NCBI GenBank assembly: GCA_964016885.1
Contig: OZ024747.1
Span: 37,510,001 to 37,574,000, forward strand
DNA: 64,000 nucleotides
Reading direction: 5' to 3'
Source: Eledone cirrhosa
Lineage: Eukaryota
Shown here: positions 52,320 through 64,000 of the stretch, piece after piece
Layout of the letters: every line of letters starts with the position of its first letter
Numbering within the stretch: the first letter of the stretch is position 1
Notes under the pieces: generated by a model
The model's input: only the letters and a program-made list of their open reading frames with translations
Told to the model about the DNA's origin: nothing
The model's database searches: none
Position numbers and translations under genes: made by a program

Positions 52320-54990
52320 GGGGAAATGAGAAATGACATAGGAAAGCTTGAGTCACTACTGAATGGGACACTAAAAAACATAGGCACTAAAAATAGACTG
52401 GAAATAAAATACAAAACTAGGAGGAAAAAGCTAAATATTATCATAGAGGAACTGAAGCAACGCATTGTAGCAAAGAGTGCAAAAATCAGGCGATACGAGA
52501 ACAGAGTCAGTCAGTATAAACAGAACCGCATGTTCGACAACAACCAGAAGATGCTGTTTGGACAGCTTGAGGGGAAAGAAAGAGGCAACGACTTGATCGC
52601 TGGGGCGGAGCAAACTAAAACATTCTGGAGAGGAATATGGGAGCAGGATGTTAGACACAATGCCCAGGCAGGGTGGATTGAGACAGTACCGAGGGAGATC
52701 GGTGAGCAGGCACAACAACAAACTGATTTGAGTATCACAGTTGAAACTCTTAAGGGGCAGGCCAAAAAACTAACCAACTGGAAATCACCAGGCCCAGATG
52801 GTGTGCAGGGGTATTGGATTAAACATTTAACATCCCTCCACCCGAAGCTGACGGCCATGTTCAATGACTGCTTGGTGTCGGGTGAGGTGCCAGAGTGGTT
52901 GACAAAAGGTACCACAGTTCTGATAATGAAAGACCGAATCAAGGGTAATGATGTTACCAACTATAGACCTATCACATGTCTGTCCGTAATGTGGAAACTG
53001 TTGACGAGCATTGTGTCTGAGGAAATCTACCATCACCTCCACACAAACAACTTGTTACCGGACGAACAGAAAGGATGCCGAAAGAAGTCACGTGGTACAA
53101 AGGACCAGTTACTTATTGATAAGATGGTAATGGGGAATTGCAGGAGGAGACACACTGATCTTGCCATGGGATGGATAGACTACAGAAAGGCATTTGACAT
53201 GGTGCCTCATTCTTGGATCACCAAAAGCCTGGAGATCTTCAATGTGGCAGATAACATCAGACAGTTGCTGGGCAGGAGTATGAGGTCCTGGGAAACAGAG
53301 TTGACATCAACTGGAGAATCCTTGGGAAGCGTGAAGATCAAGAGAGGTATCTTCCAGGGAGATAGCCTGTCCCCTCTGTTGTTTGTCCTTGCCCTGATGC
53401 CCTTGACCATTATGCTGCGAAAAGTGAGAGCAGGATACAAGTTGGGAAGGGGAGAGCTTACCATCAATCACCTCCTCTTCATGGACGATCTTAAGCTCTT
53501 CGGGAAAAGTGAGAAGGAGTTGGATGTGCTTGTTGACACTGTCCGTATTTTCAGCAGTGATATATGTATGCAGTTTGGTATTGGTAAATGTGGAGTCATT
53601 GTGATGAAGAGGGGTAGGTTGAGCAGAAGTAACGGGATCCAGATACCAACAGGTGAGATGATAAAGGAAATTGACTCTGAGGAAGGATACAAGTATTTGG
53701 GCGTTCTGGAGGCTGATGGCATAAAGAACAAAAAAATGAAGGAATTGTTAAGAACTGAATACATTCGGAGAGTAAGGAGCGTATTGAAGTCACATCTGAA
53801 CAGCAGAAATGCCATAAGCGCAGTAAATTCCCGAGCTGTGTCTATTATTAGGTACAGTGCGGGAATTCTGAGATGGAATGTTGCTGAACAAAAAGAAATG
53901 GATAGGAAGACTAGGAAGCTATTGACTATCTACAACATGTTCCACAAGAGGAGTGATGTCGATAGACTCTACCTAAGGAGATCTGAGGGTGGAAGAGGTC
54001 TTATCAGCATAGAGGACTGTGTTCAGATGGAGAAAAACAACCTATACAAATACGTGACCTATAGTAAGAGCCAATGCTCAGAAATGTACTGAAGGAGGGG
54101 ACAGTAGGCCAGGGGATGTCCAAGGAGGAAATAACATCAAGGAGGAAGAGCAGCCTTAAGGGAAAATCCCTTCATAGTACCTTCTTTGAGAAAACTGAAT
54201 TTAGAGATCCACAGACATGGAACTGGTTGAGAAGAGGAGACCTCAAAAAGGCTACAGAAGGAATGCTAATGGCTGCGCAGGAGCAGGCCCTCAAAATGAA
54301 GTGGTTGAAGCACCATGTCTACAAGGAGGAGGCTAGCCCACTGTGCAGGATCTGTGGAGAGAGAGAGGAGACTGTGGCTCACATTGTGTCCGAGTGTAAA
54401 CACCTAGCCCAGACCCACTATAAGGGCTGGAGACACGATGTGATGGGCAGGGTGATCCACTGGCACCTGTGCAAAGTAAACAATTTACCACATTCTGAGA
54501 AATGGTATGAGCATAGGCCAGAGGCGGTGATGGAGAACAATCAGGTGAAGGTGCTGTGGGATTTTAGGATACAGACGGACAAAAAACTGGAACACAATAG
54601 ACCTGACCTGGTGGTTGTGGACAAAGAAAAAAGATCGTGTCTGATTGTGGATGTGGCCTGCCCGTTCGACACGAGAGTGCAAGAGAAGGAGAGGGAGAAG
54701 ATTAACCGATACCAGGACCTAAAGTGGGAGGTGAAAAGGATTTGGAACTGCCATGAAGTCAAAGTGATCCCGATTGTCATAGGCGCACTGGGGACTATCT
54801 CCAAAAGTTTCCGGGGATGGTTAAAGAAAATCGGCCCCTTCACGCTTTTTGGAACGCTTCAAAAGGCATGCTTGCTTGGAACAGCAAGAACCCTCCGATA
54901 CGTCCTGAATATCTGAGGCTGCAGGTAGTGGCTTGATATTCAATCCAACGGACTTTCCAGTTAACCAACATCAATGACTGAGATTCAAGG
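52320..54990 (+). mobile_element. R4/Dong-like retrotransposon, 5'-truncated, one frameshift
   Basis: RT (KSPGPDG, YRPITC, IDYRKAFD, GIFQGDSLSP, FMDD) in 52326-54092, then CRIC..ETVAHIVSEC, RHD and RPD..D..EK RLE in 54074-54916. Confidence 0.93.
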
Positions 54991-54999
54991 AATAACAAC

Positions 55000-55027
<28 letters not shown>

Positions 55028-55031
<4 letters not shown>

Positions 55032-58000
55032 TTTCTTTATTGGCCACAAGGGCTGACATCAAGAAAAACATTACAGACGGTACAGGACTGTACGGTGTGG
55101 GTTTTGTACGTGTAAATATTTTTATTATTTATATAAGAAAAGAAAAAAAGGATATAGAAACATATATATATATAAACAATAAATATGAAAATTGAAACAA
55201 TGAAAAATTCCCCAATAGCGGGGAAACCTCCGAGGGTTACTTGTGGCGAAAACCACAGAAAAGACCACGGCCACCCTGACCACCAGGGCAAGCGCCCTCT
55301 CTCAATTTTTCCATTTCTCAAACTACAGACGTATATTCAGAGTGGTCCATTCTCACTTGGTCCATTCTCGCTACATTCACCCACCTTTCAACAAACTTGC
55401 TAGAAGGCAGCACTTGCCTCTCCACCCTGATTTTCCTCTTCAAGTGAAACTTGAAAAAGTTAATTAGGGATTCGCCGAAGAGGAAAGTGTCTGTCTTTAA
55501 CCCTTTCAACCTTGTCCACCACAGAATCTCTTTCGCCATGGCCGCCAGGCAGATGAAAACCGCCTGCCCATCCTCCTCGAAGGAAGACGGCGAGACCATC
55601 TGCACAATGGACTCAGTCGACAACCGGAACAGTCCTACACGCGACAGCAACTGTTCGACATAGCTCCACAAGTCAGCAATGCTCGGGCACTGAATGAGTG
55701 CGTGCACGACGGTTTCGTCGCTCTGCGCGCATCTCGGTCAGGCTCGGCTGACGGCACTTCCGTGCCTGTAGAGCTTATCTCGAACCGGCAGCGCTCCCCG
55801 GTAGCACTGCCAGGCCAGGGATTTTTGGAAATTATCCTTAGGCCTCGGGCTGAAATTTCTCCGGAAGAGAGCAAACAGCTGATCTTCTTCGACGCCCAGG
55901 ATCTCTCCGAGAATGTCGTCGCTCTTCCCCTCCACTAGTCCTCTATAGAATGCCGAGGTGGATGTTCCACCCATACTGGCGCCCAGCTGGTAGAGTTCAG
56001 TGAGCGCCTGGAGACATTCCAGTTTCCAAGCGCTATCCCTCGGTCTTTTTCTGACCCAGGACTGCAGCTCCGTCAAGGAGACGAGCTGTGGGAAAACGTG
56101 CCTGGCGAACGGCGACCACACTTGTTCACCATCAACAAAGCTGCTGCAAGCCCACCGACATTTCCTGGTTTAATTTGCTCCTGTCACCGCTTCGTATTCC
56201 TTGAGAGCGGTGCCTAGCATCTGGACGTGTCTGGTGCTCGACACTATAAGGGTGACGTCGTCGGCGTAAACCGACTCGGATTTCCCGCATCCTAGTTCGC
56301 GTGGGACGCCACTCATCGCCCCCAGTTTGTGCAGTAACGGCTCGAGAGCCAATACGTACAAGAGGGACGAGAGTGGACAACCCTGGCAGACTTGTGCATG
56401 ATGCTTATCGGCTGCGACAGGTGACGGTTCACCCTCACAACTGAGCAGATGTCGCTGTACATCGCAGCGATCCAACCCCTGAAAACGGGCCCGGAACCGG
56501 TGCCTCGAGGACCACCGCCAGGTACCGATGGTCGACCCTATCGAATGCTTTGGATTGATCCAAGTTGATCAGGGCCACACCCGTGCCAGGTTCCTTAACC
56601 ACCCTCTCTATGATGTATCGCATGAGGTGGATGTTGTCGTGTATGGATCTGTCCGGAATGGCGAATGTCTGCGCATCTCCCACCAGACCCTTGACGACAA
56701 GTGCCAACCTCGTTGCTAACACCTTGGCCAAGATCTTGAACTCTGCGTTTAGCAGGGTTATGAGCCTGAAATTATCGATAACATCCCCCTTGTTCGGGTC
56801 TTTTCTCAGCAGCGCCACTGCTCCTCGGCTCACAAAACTGGGAATGCTCCCGTTCTGCTGCCAGTTGCCAAGAGGTCACCGAACAAGTCTGGCATAAATG
56901 CATAAAGCTTGTAGGGCATACCATCCAAACCTGGCGATTTACCCCTTGTGCAGTTAGCCATTGCTTCCCGTATTTCACCGGCTGTTATTGGCTTTTCGCA
57001 ACATTGTGCTGCGGTCGTCGAGAGCCGAGGCAGTCTGTCGAAGTATCCACTGAAGTCCATGCCCCGATCCGGGCCACCGCTGCTCCCGAACAGTTCAGCA
57101 AAGTGCTGCTGAAAAGCTTCACACATCCGCTCGGGTTCGAGCATCACGCACCCGTTTTGGTCAGACAAAGACCGAATTGTGGCTTTGTTGCCACGGCGCG
57201 CCTCTGCCACCCGGGCCCATTGGACGGCTTTTGTCCCCTCGTGTTTCAGAGCACGCGCTCTAGCTTTGACAACGCAGCCTTCGTGTTTTGCGTTGAAGAA
57301 TTGGTCGAGTGCCAATCTCGCCGCAAGCACGTCGGTTGCGATGACTGTCCTAAACGCCTCTTCTAGCTTTCTGACTAGCTCTCCTTCTACTCTATTTTCC
57401 TCTATCACTAGTCCTTTGCTAAGCCTAATCGACTGTACTTTATTGCCCTTTTCAGGGCGAACCACCACCTGTTGTTGACGACCGCTCCCGTCAACGCCCG
57501 CTTAACTAATACGCTAATCCGGTCTCTGTAGGCTTTGCGCGCCGGGAAAGACGCGTTCAGCTTCCAGTAACCGGGCCCTTGTCTATGAAGTCTGTCTATG
57601 TCGATCTCACAGATCACAAATTTGTGGTCTGTGTAGTCGAATATTTTAAATTGTAGACAACTTATACTAGCCTTATCTAGTTCTCTGCAGAATACCCTAT
57701 CGAGATACGATCTGGATGACCCGATGCGGTTTGTCCATGCCCACATTGGCACATTCGGGTGATCCAGTCGATACCTGTCAGACAGTTCAAAACGTCTGAG
57801 CAGGTTGGTGAGGCTCTTGCACCCTCCTCCCCTATCCACTAGCCCCACACAATCACAGCGTGCATCCAAGATACCGTTCCAGTCGCCCACTAACACTAAA
57901 AAGCGGGACGTTCCAAGAAAGGTCTCTAGACGTCTGAAGAAACTGGCCGTCCTGCCCCTGTTGGGGCGTAGACGGCTACTAGCCTGAAAGCGTTGCCTTC

Positions 58001-60596
58001 ACTGCCGGTCACGTCCAGCACCACCAACTTACCTTCTGGGTCTAGGAAGATGGCCCGTATGGCGAGATCCAAGCCTCTCCGAAAAAGGACGGCAACCCCT
58101 CCCCCCATCCTGGACGGCTGGGAGATGCGTATACATCGTAGCCACCGAAGATCAGTGCGAAGGCTTGTGCTTCGGAGATTCTGGTTTCACTGATGGCCAC
58201 CACATCTATGTTTAGTGACCTGAGGTCGTTGAGCAGGTGACCCTGCTTCCAAGACCACGTGCATTTATACTGCCTATTCTGAGTACGGCCATGTTGGATG
58301 AGAAACGGAGCAAGTGAGAAAGGGTCACTTACCTTCATCGTGTGGTGAAGGGACAGTAGAATCGTCCTTTTCGCTGGTCATGGGTGTTTCCAAGAGGATG
58401 TCAGTGTATATCTTCTTGGTAACCGACCCTCTAAAGTCACCAACAGCGTTGAGGTATTCTTGTTTTAAAGGTTTGTACTGTTCTATTGAGATTTCAATGA
58501 TGCTTATGTTTGTCGGGAGAGTTCTTGGTGTTGGTGGGGTGTAGTAGTTTTTTTCTGTGATGTCTGTGTGCTGCTTTATATATTGTATGAGTTCTTTTTT
58601 TTGCCGTGTTTATGGCTGTGTACTTTTTGGTGGGAGGGGGGATTGTGTTGCTGTTTGGTGTGTGTGTCTTGTTGTGTTTGCGTTGTTGGTGTTTTTGGTG
58701 AGTATGGTGGTGGTGTGGTTGTTGTTGTCAGTGGTGCTTGTGGTGGTGATGGTGGTGGTGTTGCTGCAAGTTTCCTTGCTGCCTTTACCCCTCTTTGTAT
58801 GCCTTCGCTTTTGGAGGGTGAATCTAAGGGTTTTTTGTTTTTTGTTTTTTGTGGCAGACCGTTTGCCACTTCACTCCCGCCTCAAACTCCATGTCGGATT
58901 TTGTGGCGTCTGGGAGGGGCATGTGCTCCACGGCTGTTGGTGGTTGTAGTGGAGCCCTCTTCGGCAATTTTGTTGCTGGTGTAGCTACTTCAAATGTAGC
59001 TATTGGTTTTGCCGCCACTGATGATGCTGCTTTAGTTATCCGTGGCCTTGGTACGGGTGCTACGGACGTTGCCCTCCTACTCACCATGGAAGGGGCGTCT
59101 GCGTTTGTTTCCTGCCCTGCTCTTGGTAGCAGCGGACCAGGTATTGTCTTCTGCAGGAAAAAGGCCCTGAGGTGACCCTTCGACCCACAGAGATAACATT
59201 TTGGCCGTCTTCCTTCTACACTTATAGGGAATTGGTGTCCTTCCTCGATGTCTATGATATCGGGGATAGCGTTGATACATTCCTGGTCAGTTTGTATAAG
59301 CATTTGCATGCCTATACCTGACCAGTTCTCTCTCCCTATTTTTTCTACTTGCAGCATAGTCGTCCAGTTCTCGATTCCAGCAAGAACAGACGCGGCCAGC
59401 CAAGGTATGGGCACGTCAGGTGGGACCTGGGTCACTTTGACCCTCACAATTTTTTGCCCGCAGTAGGAGGGCACCAAGACTATCTCCTTACTCTTTAGGG
59501 TTTCCAAAGAGTGAGACTTTGCTTCCTGGGGGTGGGTGGGGGGTGGCGAAAGTACGTCTACTGTGGCGTACTTTCTGCCTGGCGTGATATGGGTTTTGCG
59601 TGCCCAGACGCACACCTTTTGGATTTGAGTCTCCGTGGCTCTCTTCACCCGATGTGAGATTTTGCTTACGGTGCGGTAAGTCACCGTCCGTAGCTGCTGG
59701 TCCTTGAAAAAATCGGGTGGAGGTTTCAGGGAGACTCTATTGGCGCTTCTTGTCACCATGGCCCTTGCGACTTCCATCTCCTCCTCTGTGACTAACACTG
59801 TCTCGATATATCGGGCGACACCTGCAAAAGAAGTAGTCCCTTTTTCACAGCACCACTATTGCTGCCGCTACTGGTCTTACTTGTGGTGCTGAGATCGCTG
59901 TTGCAGGTATCGATGTCATTGTTAATGTTTTCGTTGGTACAGTTGTTGGTGTTGTTGTTGTTGTTTTCGTTGATACTGTTGCTGTTGTTACTGTTATTGT
60001 GGCTGTTGTTATTATTGTTGTTTTTGTTGATACTGTTTCTACTATTATTGTTGTTGTTGTGGCTGTTGTTATTGTTATTGTTATTGTCGTTCTCGACCTT
60101 AACGCAGTTATTTTTGTTATTGTCGTTCTCGACTTTACCGCTGTTATTCTTTGGTGTTACTGTTGTTATTGATGGTGTTGTTGTTGGTGTTGTTGTTGGT
60201 GTTATTGTTGGTGTTGTTTGTGTTGTTTGTGTTAGAAATATTTGTTAATTTTAAATCTGTAACAATCTTCTTTTCCTTTGTAATATTTTCGTTTATATTT
60301 ACCTCCGCTGGAACGCTGTCTTGTTGACATGCTGATAAAGTTTCCCTCTCTCTGTGTTGTCTGACAACGCTCTCTCTGTTTCTTGTGTTATCCATGTTGA
60401 AATTATTTCAAAAAAATATTTTTACACAAATGCGAATACGACACCCCGTAAAGGAGTGCCGTATGATTTACGAGTGAACCCCTGTATTAGGTGGGTCACT
60501 TCTAAACTTTTATCAGATTTAAAACTTGAATAAAAGGTTTAGAACGGTTGAAAACGAGGTAAAATGTTGAAAAAAACTGGAGGCGATAAGAAGCGT
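55028..60596 (-). mobile_element. Full-span decayed Tx1/L1-clade LINE (ORF1+ORF2)
   Basis: ORF1 from ATG 60395 (Asn-rich N-terminus, CYLCGSKGH knuckle). ORF2 from ATG 58292 (VVAISET, GDWN, TDHK, GYWKLN, KSPGLDG, DQSKAFD, YADD). Many frameshifts and an internal deletion near 56150. Confidence 0.9.
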
Positions 60597-60614
60597 TAAT
60601 AATAATAATAATAA

Positions 60615-61449
60615 TCTATTTAAGGAGATCTGAAGGTGGAAGAGGTCTTATCAGCATAGAGGACTGTGTTCAGATGGAGAAAAACAACCTACACAAATAT
60701 GTGAGTAATAGTAGGGAGCCCATGCTCTGAATTGTACTGAAGGAGAAGACAATAGACCAGGGGTTGTCCAAGGAGGAAATAACAACAAGGAGAAAGAGCA
60801 ACCTTCATGAAAAATCCCTTCATAGTACCTTCTTTGAGAAAACTGAATTTAGAGATCCACAGACATGGAACTGGTTGAAAAGAGGAGACCTTAAAAAGGC
60901 CACAGAAGGAATGCTAATGGCTGCGCAAGAGCAGGCCCTCAAAATGAAGTGGCTGAAACACCATATTTAGAAGGAGGAGGCTAGCCCACTGTGTAGGATC
61001 TGTGGAGAGAGAGAGGAGACTGTGGCTCACATTGTATCCGAATGTAAACACCTAGCCCAGACTCACCATAAAGGCTGGAGACATGATCCACTGGCAACTA
61101 TGCAAAGTAAACAATTTACCACATTCTGAGAAGTGGTATGAGCATAAGCCAGAGTCGGTGATGGAAAACGATCAGGTGAAGGTGCTGTGGGATTTTAGGA
61201 TACAGACGGACAAGAAACTGGAACACAATAGACCTGACCTGGTGGTTTTGGACAAGGGAAAAAGATCGTGCCTGATTGTGGATGTGGCCTGCCCATTCGA
61301 CACGAGAGTGCAAGAGAAGGAGAGGGAGAAAATTAACCGATACCAGGACTTAAAGTGGGAGGTAAAAAGGATTTGGAACTGCCATGAAGTCAAAGTGATC
61401 CCGATTGTCATAGGCGCACTGGGGACTATCTCCAAAAGTTTCCAGGGAT
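60615..61449 (+). mobile_element. R4/Dong-like fragment, third copy
   Basis: Co-linear with about 53966-54818, with stops and a small deletion. Confidence 0.9.
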
Positions 61450-61599
61450 GCGTCCGTCATCTACTACCGCCTGACTGTCGTGCCTTGTCCTAAGCCTCGT
61501 TGACCTTGTTGTCTATTAAGGTCACTGGTTGTAACTTGGTGATAACTCGTATGAACATAAAGCAAGATAAATGCAACTATAATAATAATAATAATAATA

Positions 61600-64000
61600 A
61601 TGTTTTCTTTATTAACCACAAGGGTTTACATAAAGTAGACATTAAGGACAGTACAGGACAAGACAGGACGGTACAAATGGGCATTTCTGAGTGTAAAAAA
61701 AACAGAGGATGTAATAAAATAACAAAGAAAAATTCCCCAATAGGGGGGAGACTTCCGAGGGACATTTGTGGAGAAAGCCCATTAAAAGGCCACAGTGACC
61801 CTGACCATCAGGGAAAGTGCCCTCTCCCAGTTTTCCACCTTTAATTTACAGACACATACTCAGAGTAGGCCCATTCACTCAGGCCATACTTGCTTCTCTC
61901 ACCCATCTTTCAACAAAATGCTGGGAAGAGAGCACTTCCTTCTCTACCCTGATTTTCCTTTTCAAATGAAATTTGAAAAAGTTAATCAGGGCATCACCGA
62001 AGAGGTAAGTGCTCGTCTTCAGCTCTTTCAAACGTGTCCACCATACTATCTCTTTCGCCATGGCCACCAGTCAGATAAAAACTGCCTGCCCTTCCCGGAT
62101 AAAGGAAGAGGGCGGGGCAATCCTCACGATGGACTCAGCTGATAGCTGGATCCGTCCTACACGTGACAGCAGGTGTTCGACATAAACCCACAAGTCAGCA
62201 ATGCTCGGACATTGGACGAGTGCGTGCAGGGCGGTTTCGTCGCCCTGCGCTCATCTCGGACATGCCCGGCTGACGGCACCTCCATGGCTGTAGAGTTTAT
62301 CCCGAACTGGCAAAGATCCTCGGTAGCACCAGGGATTTCTGGAAGTTGTCCATAGGCCCTGGCCCGAAAGTTCTTCCGAACAGATTGGCTAGTTGATTTT
62401 CGTCGACGCCTAGAGATTCTCCAAGTAAGTCGTCGCTCTTCCCCTCCACTAATCCTCTATAGAACGCCAAGGTGGAGTTTCCACCGATCACATTGCCCGA
62501 TTGGTCGAGGACTGTGAGCGCCTGAAGACATTCCAGTCTCTAAGCACTCCCTCTCGGTCTTCGCTTGACCCAGGTTGCAGCTCCGTCAAGGAGACGAGCT
62601 GGGGAAAGACGCGTCTAGCAAACGGCGACCACACCAGATCACCGACGAGGAAGAGGTGGAGATGTCGTAGCCTGAGCGCGTGTTTGCGCATCATCAGCCA
62701 CGGCATGCCCAGCCCTCCACTTAGCGGGTGTTGACAGCAGATGGACCGCCTGACCATCGGAGCGCGTCCCTTCAAACAAAAAGCGAAAGAACAAACGCTC
62801 CAGCGCAATCGGGCGGGGTTAGGACAAGGTACGACGATCAGGCGGTAGTAGATGACGGACGCGATGTACGCGTTGGCCACCTCCGCTCGACCTTTCAGGG
62901 ATAGCTTCCTCTCCGCCCATTTCTGGGTGAGAGAAGCAACCCTGCTCGTCACCTCATCCCAGTTTTTGTCCGTCTGGAGGTCCGGACCGAACCAGACCCC
63001 TAGCAATTTAACCGGTCCGTCCGTCCAGCGACCGACGATGCTGTTGGACGGCATGGACCTGCCTCTCCAGGTGCCGAGCTGCAGGCCTACTGACTTTTCC
63101 TGGTTGATCATTGCTCCTGTCACCGCTTCGTATTCTCTTAGTGTAGTGCCGATTGCCTCGATGTGTTTGGCGTTCGACACCACTACGGTGACATCGTCCG
63201 CATATGCTACCACAGATCTTCCGCATCCTAGTTCGCGCGGGATCCCTCTCAACGTCTCCAGTTTGTGCAGCAATGGCTTGAGTGTCAATACGTACAAGAG
63301 GGACGAGAGGGGACATCTTTGGCGGACCGAGCGCATGATGTTGAACTCTGTGTTTAGCAGAGTTATGGGCCTGAAATTATCTATGTTATCCCCCTTGTTC
63401 GGATCCTTTCTCAGCAGCGCCACAGCTCCTCGGCTCACAGAGCTGGGAATTCTCCCGTTCTGTTGCCAGTTGCAGTAGACGTCCGCCAAGAGGCCTCCGA
63501 ACAAGTCTGGCATCTGTACGTAAAGTTCATAGGGCAGACCATCCAAACCAGGCGATTTACCCCTTGTGCAGCCAGTCATTGCCTCCAGTACTTCAGCGGC
63601 TGTTATCAGCTTTTCGCAACACTCCGCCTCAGTGGCAGAGAGCCGCGGCTGTCCGTCGAAGTAGATACTAAAGTTCATCCCTCGATCCGGCCCGCCGCTG
63701 CCCCCGAACAGCTGTGCCAATTACGCCGCAAGTACGTCGGTCGCGATGCCTTTGCTAAGCGCCTCGTCTAATTTTCCAACTAATTCTCCCTCTGCTCTAT
63801 TTTTCTCTATTGCTAAAGCCTTACTAAACCTAATGGACTCTATTCTAATCGCTCTTTTCAGAGCAAACCACCACTTGTTGTTGACGATGGCCCCGTCAAC
63901 GCCCGCTTAACTAGTTAGCTAATTCGGTCTCTGTAGGCCTTGCGCTTGTAAGGACGCGTTTAGCTTCCAGTAGCCGGGTCCTCGTCTATGAAGCCTATCT
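61600..64000 (-). mobile_element. Tx1/L1-clade LINE, third copy, runs off window
   Basis: KSPGLDGLPYE, FRPITLLN, YADD, LSLKGR motifs; 3' UTR nearly matches 51688-51900. Confidence 0.9.

Noticed and set aside
54060-54095. Programmed frameshift in the Dong-like ORF
   Set aside because: The third copy (about 60710) has one more base here, so this is a copy-specific deletion or sequencing error.
59859-60248. Leu/Val-rich membrane-protein-like ORF
   Set aside because: It is the antisense reading of the Asn-rich Tx1 ORF1 repeat.

Overview
This is eukaryotic, repeat-dense animal DNA. The SINE/LINE content suggests a cephalopod such as Octopus; this is an inference. The only host protein gene is SF3A3 (splicing factor 3a subunit 3, Prp9 homolog) on the minus strand. 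It has 12 coding exons with GT-AG introns from ATG 42517 down to 2796 (938 nt, about 312 aa), and the gene continues off the left edge. A divergent tRNA-Trp(CCA) gene lies about 590 bp upstream. The introns hold an intact RTE-clade LINE (APE-RT-PHD, 1144-aa ORF), several decayed RTE copies, a CR1 fragment, a DD37D mariner fragment, Helitron-type and TIR non-autonomous elements, and many tRNA-derived SINEs. To the right of the gene are a CRE-like RLE retroelement, Penelope-like remnants with several minimal hammerhead ribozyme motifs (two inside a 449-bp palindrome), and an LTR with a tRNA-Trp primer-binding site. The last 13 kb alternate R4/Dong-like and Tx1-like retrotransposons, mostly joined at (AAT)n microsatellites. 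All calls were made by eye; no searches were run.
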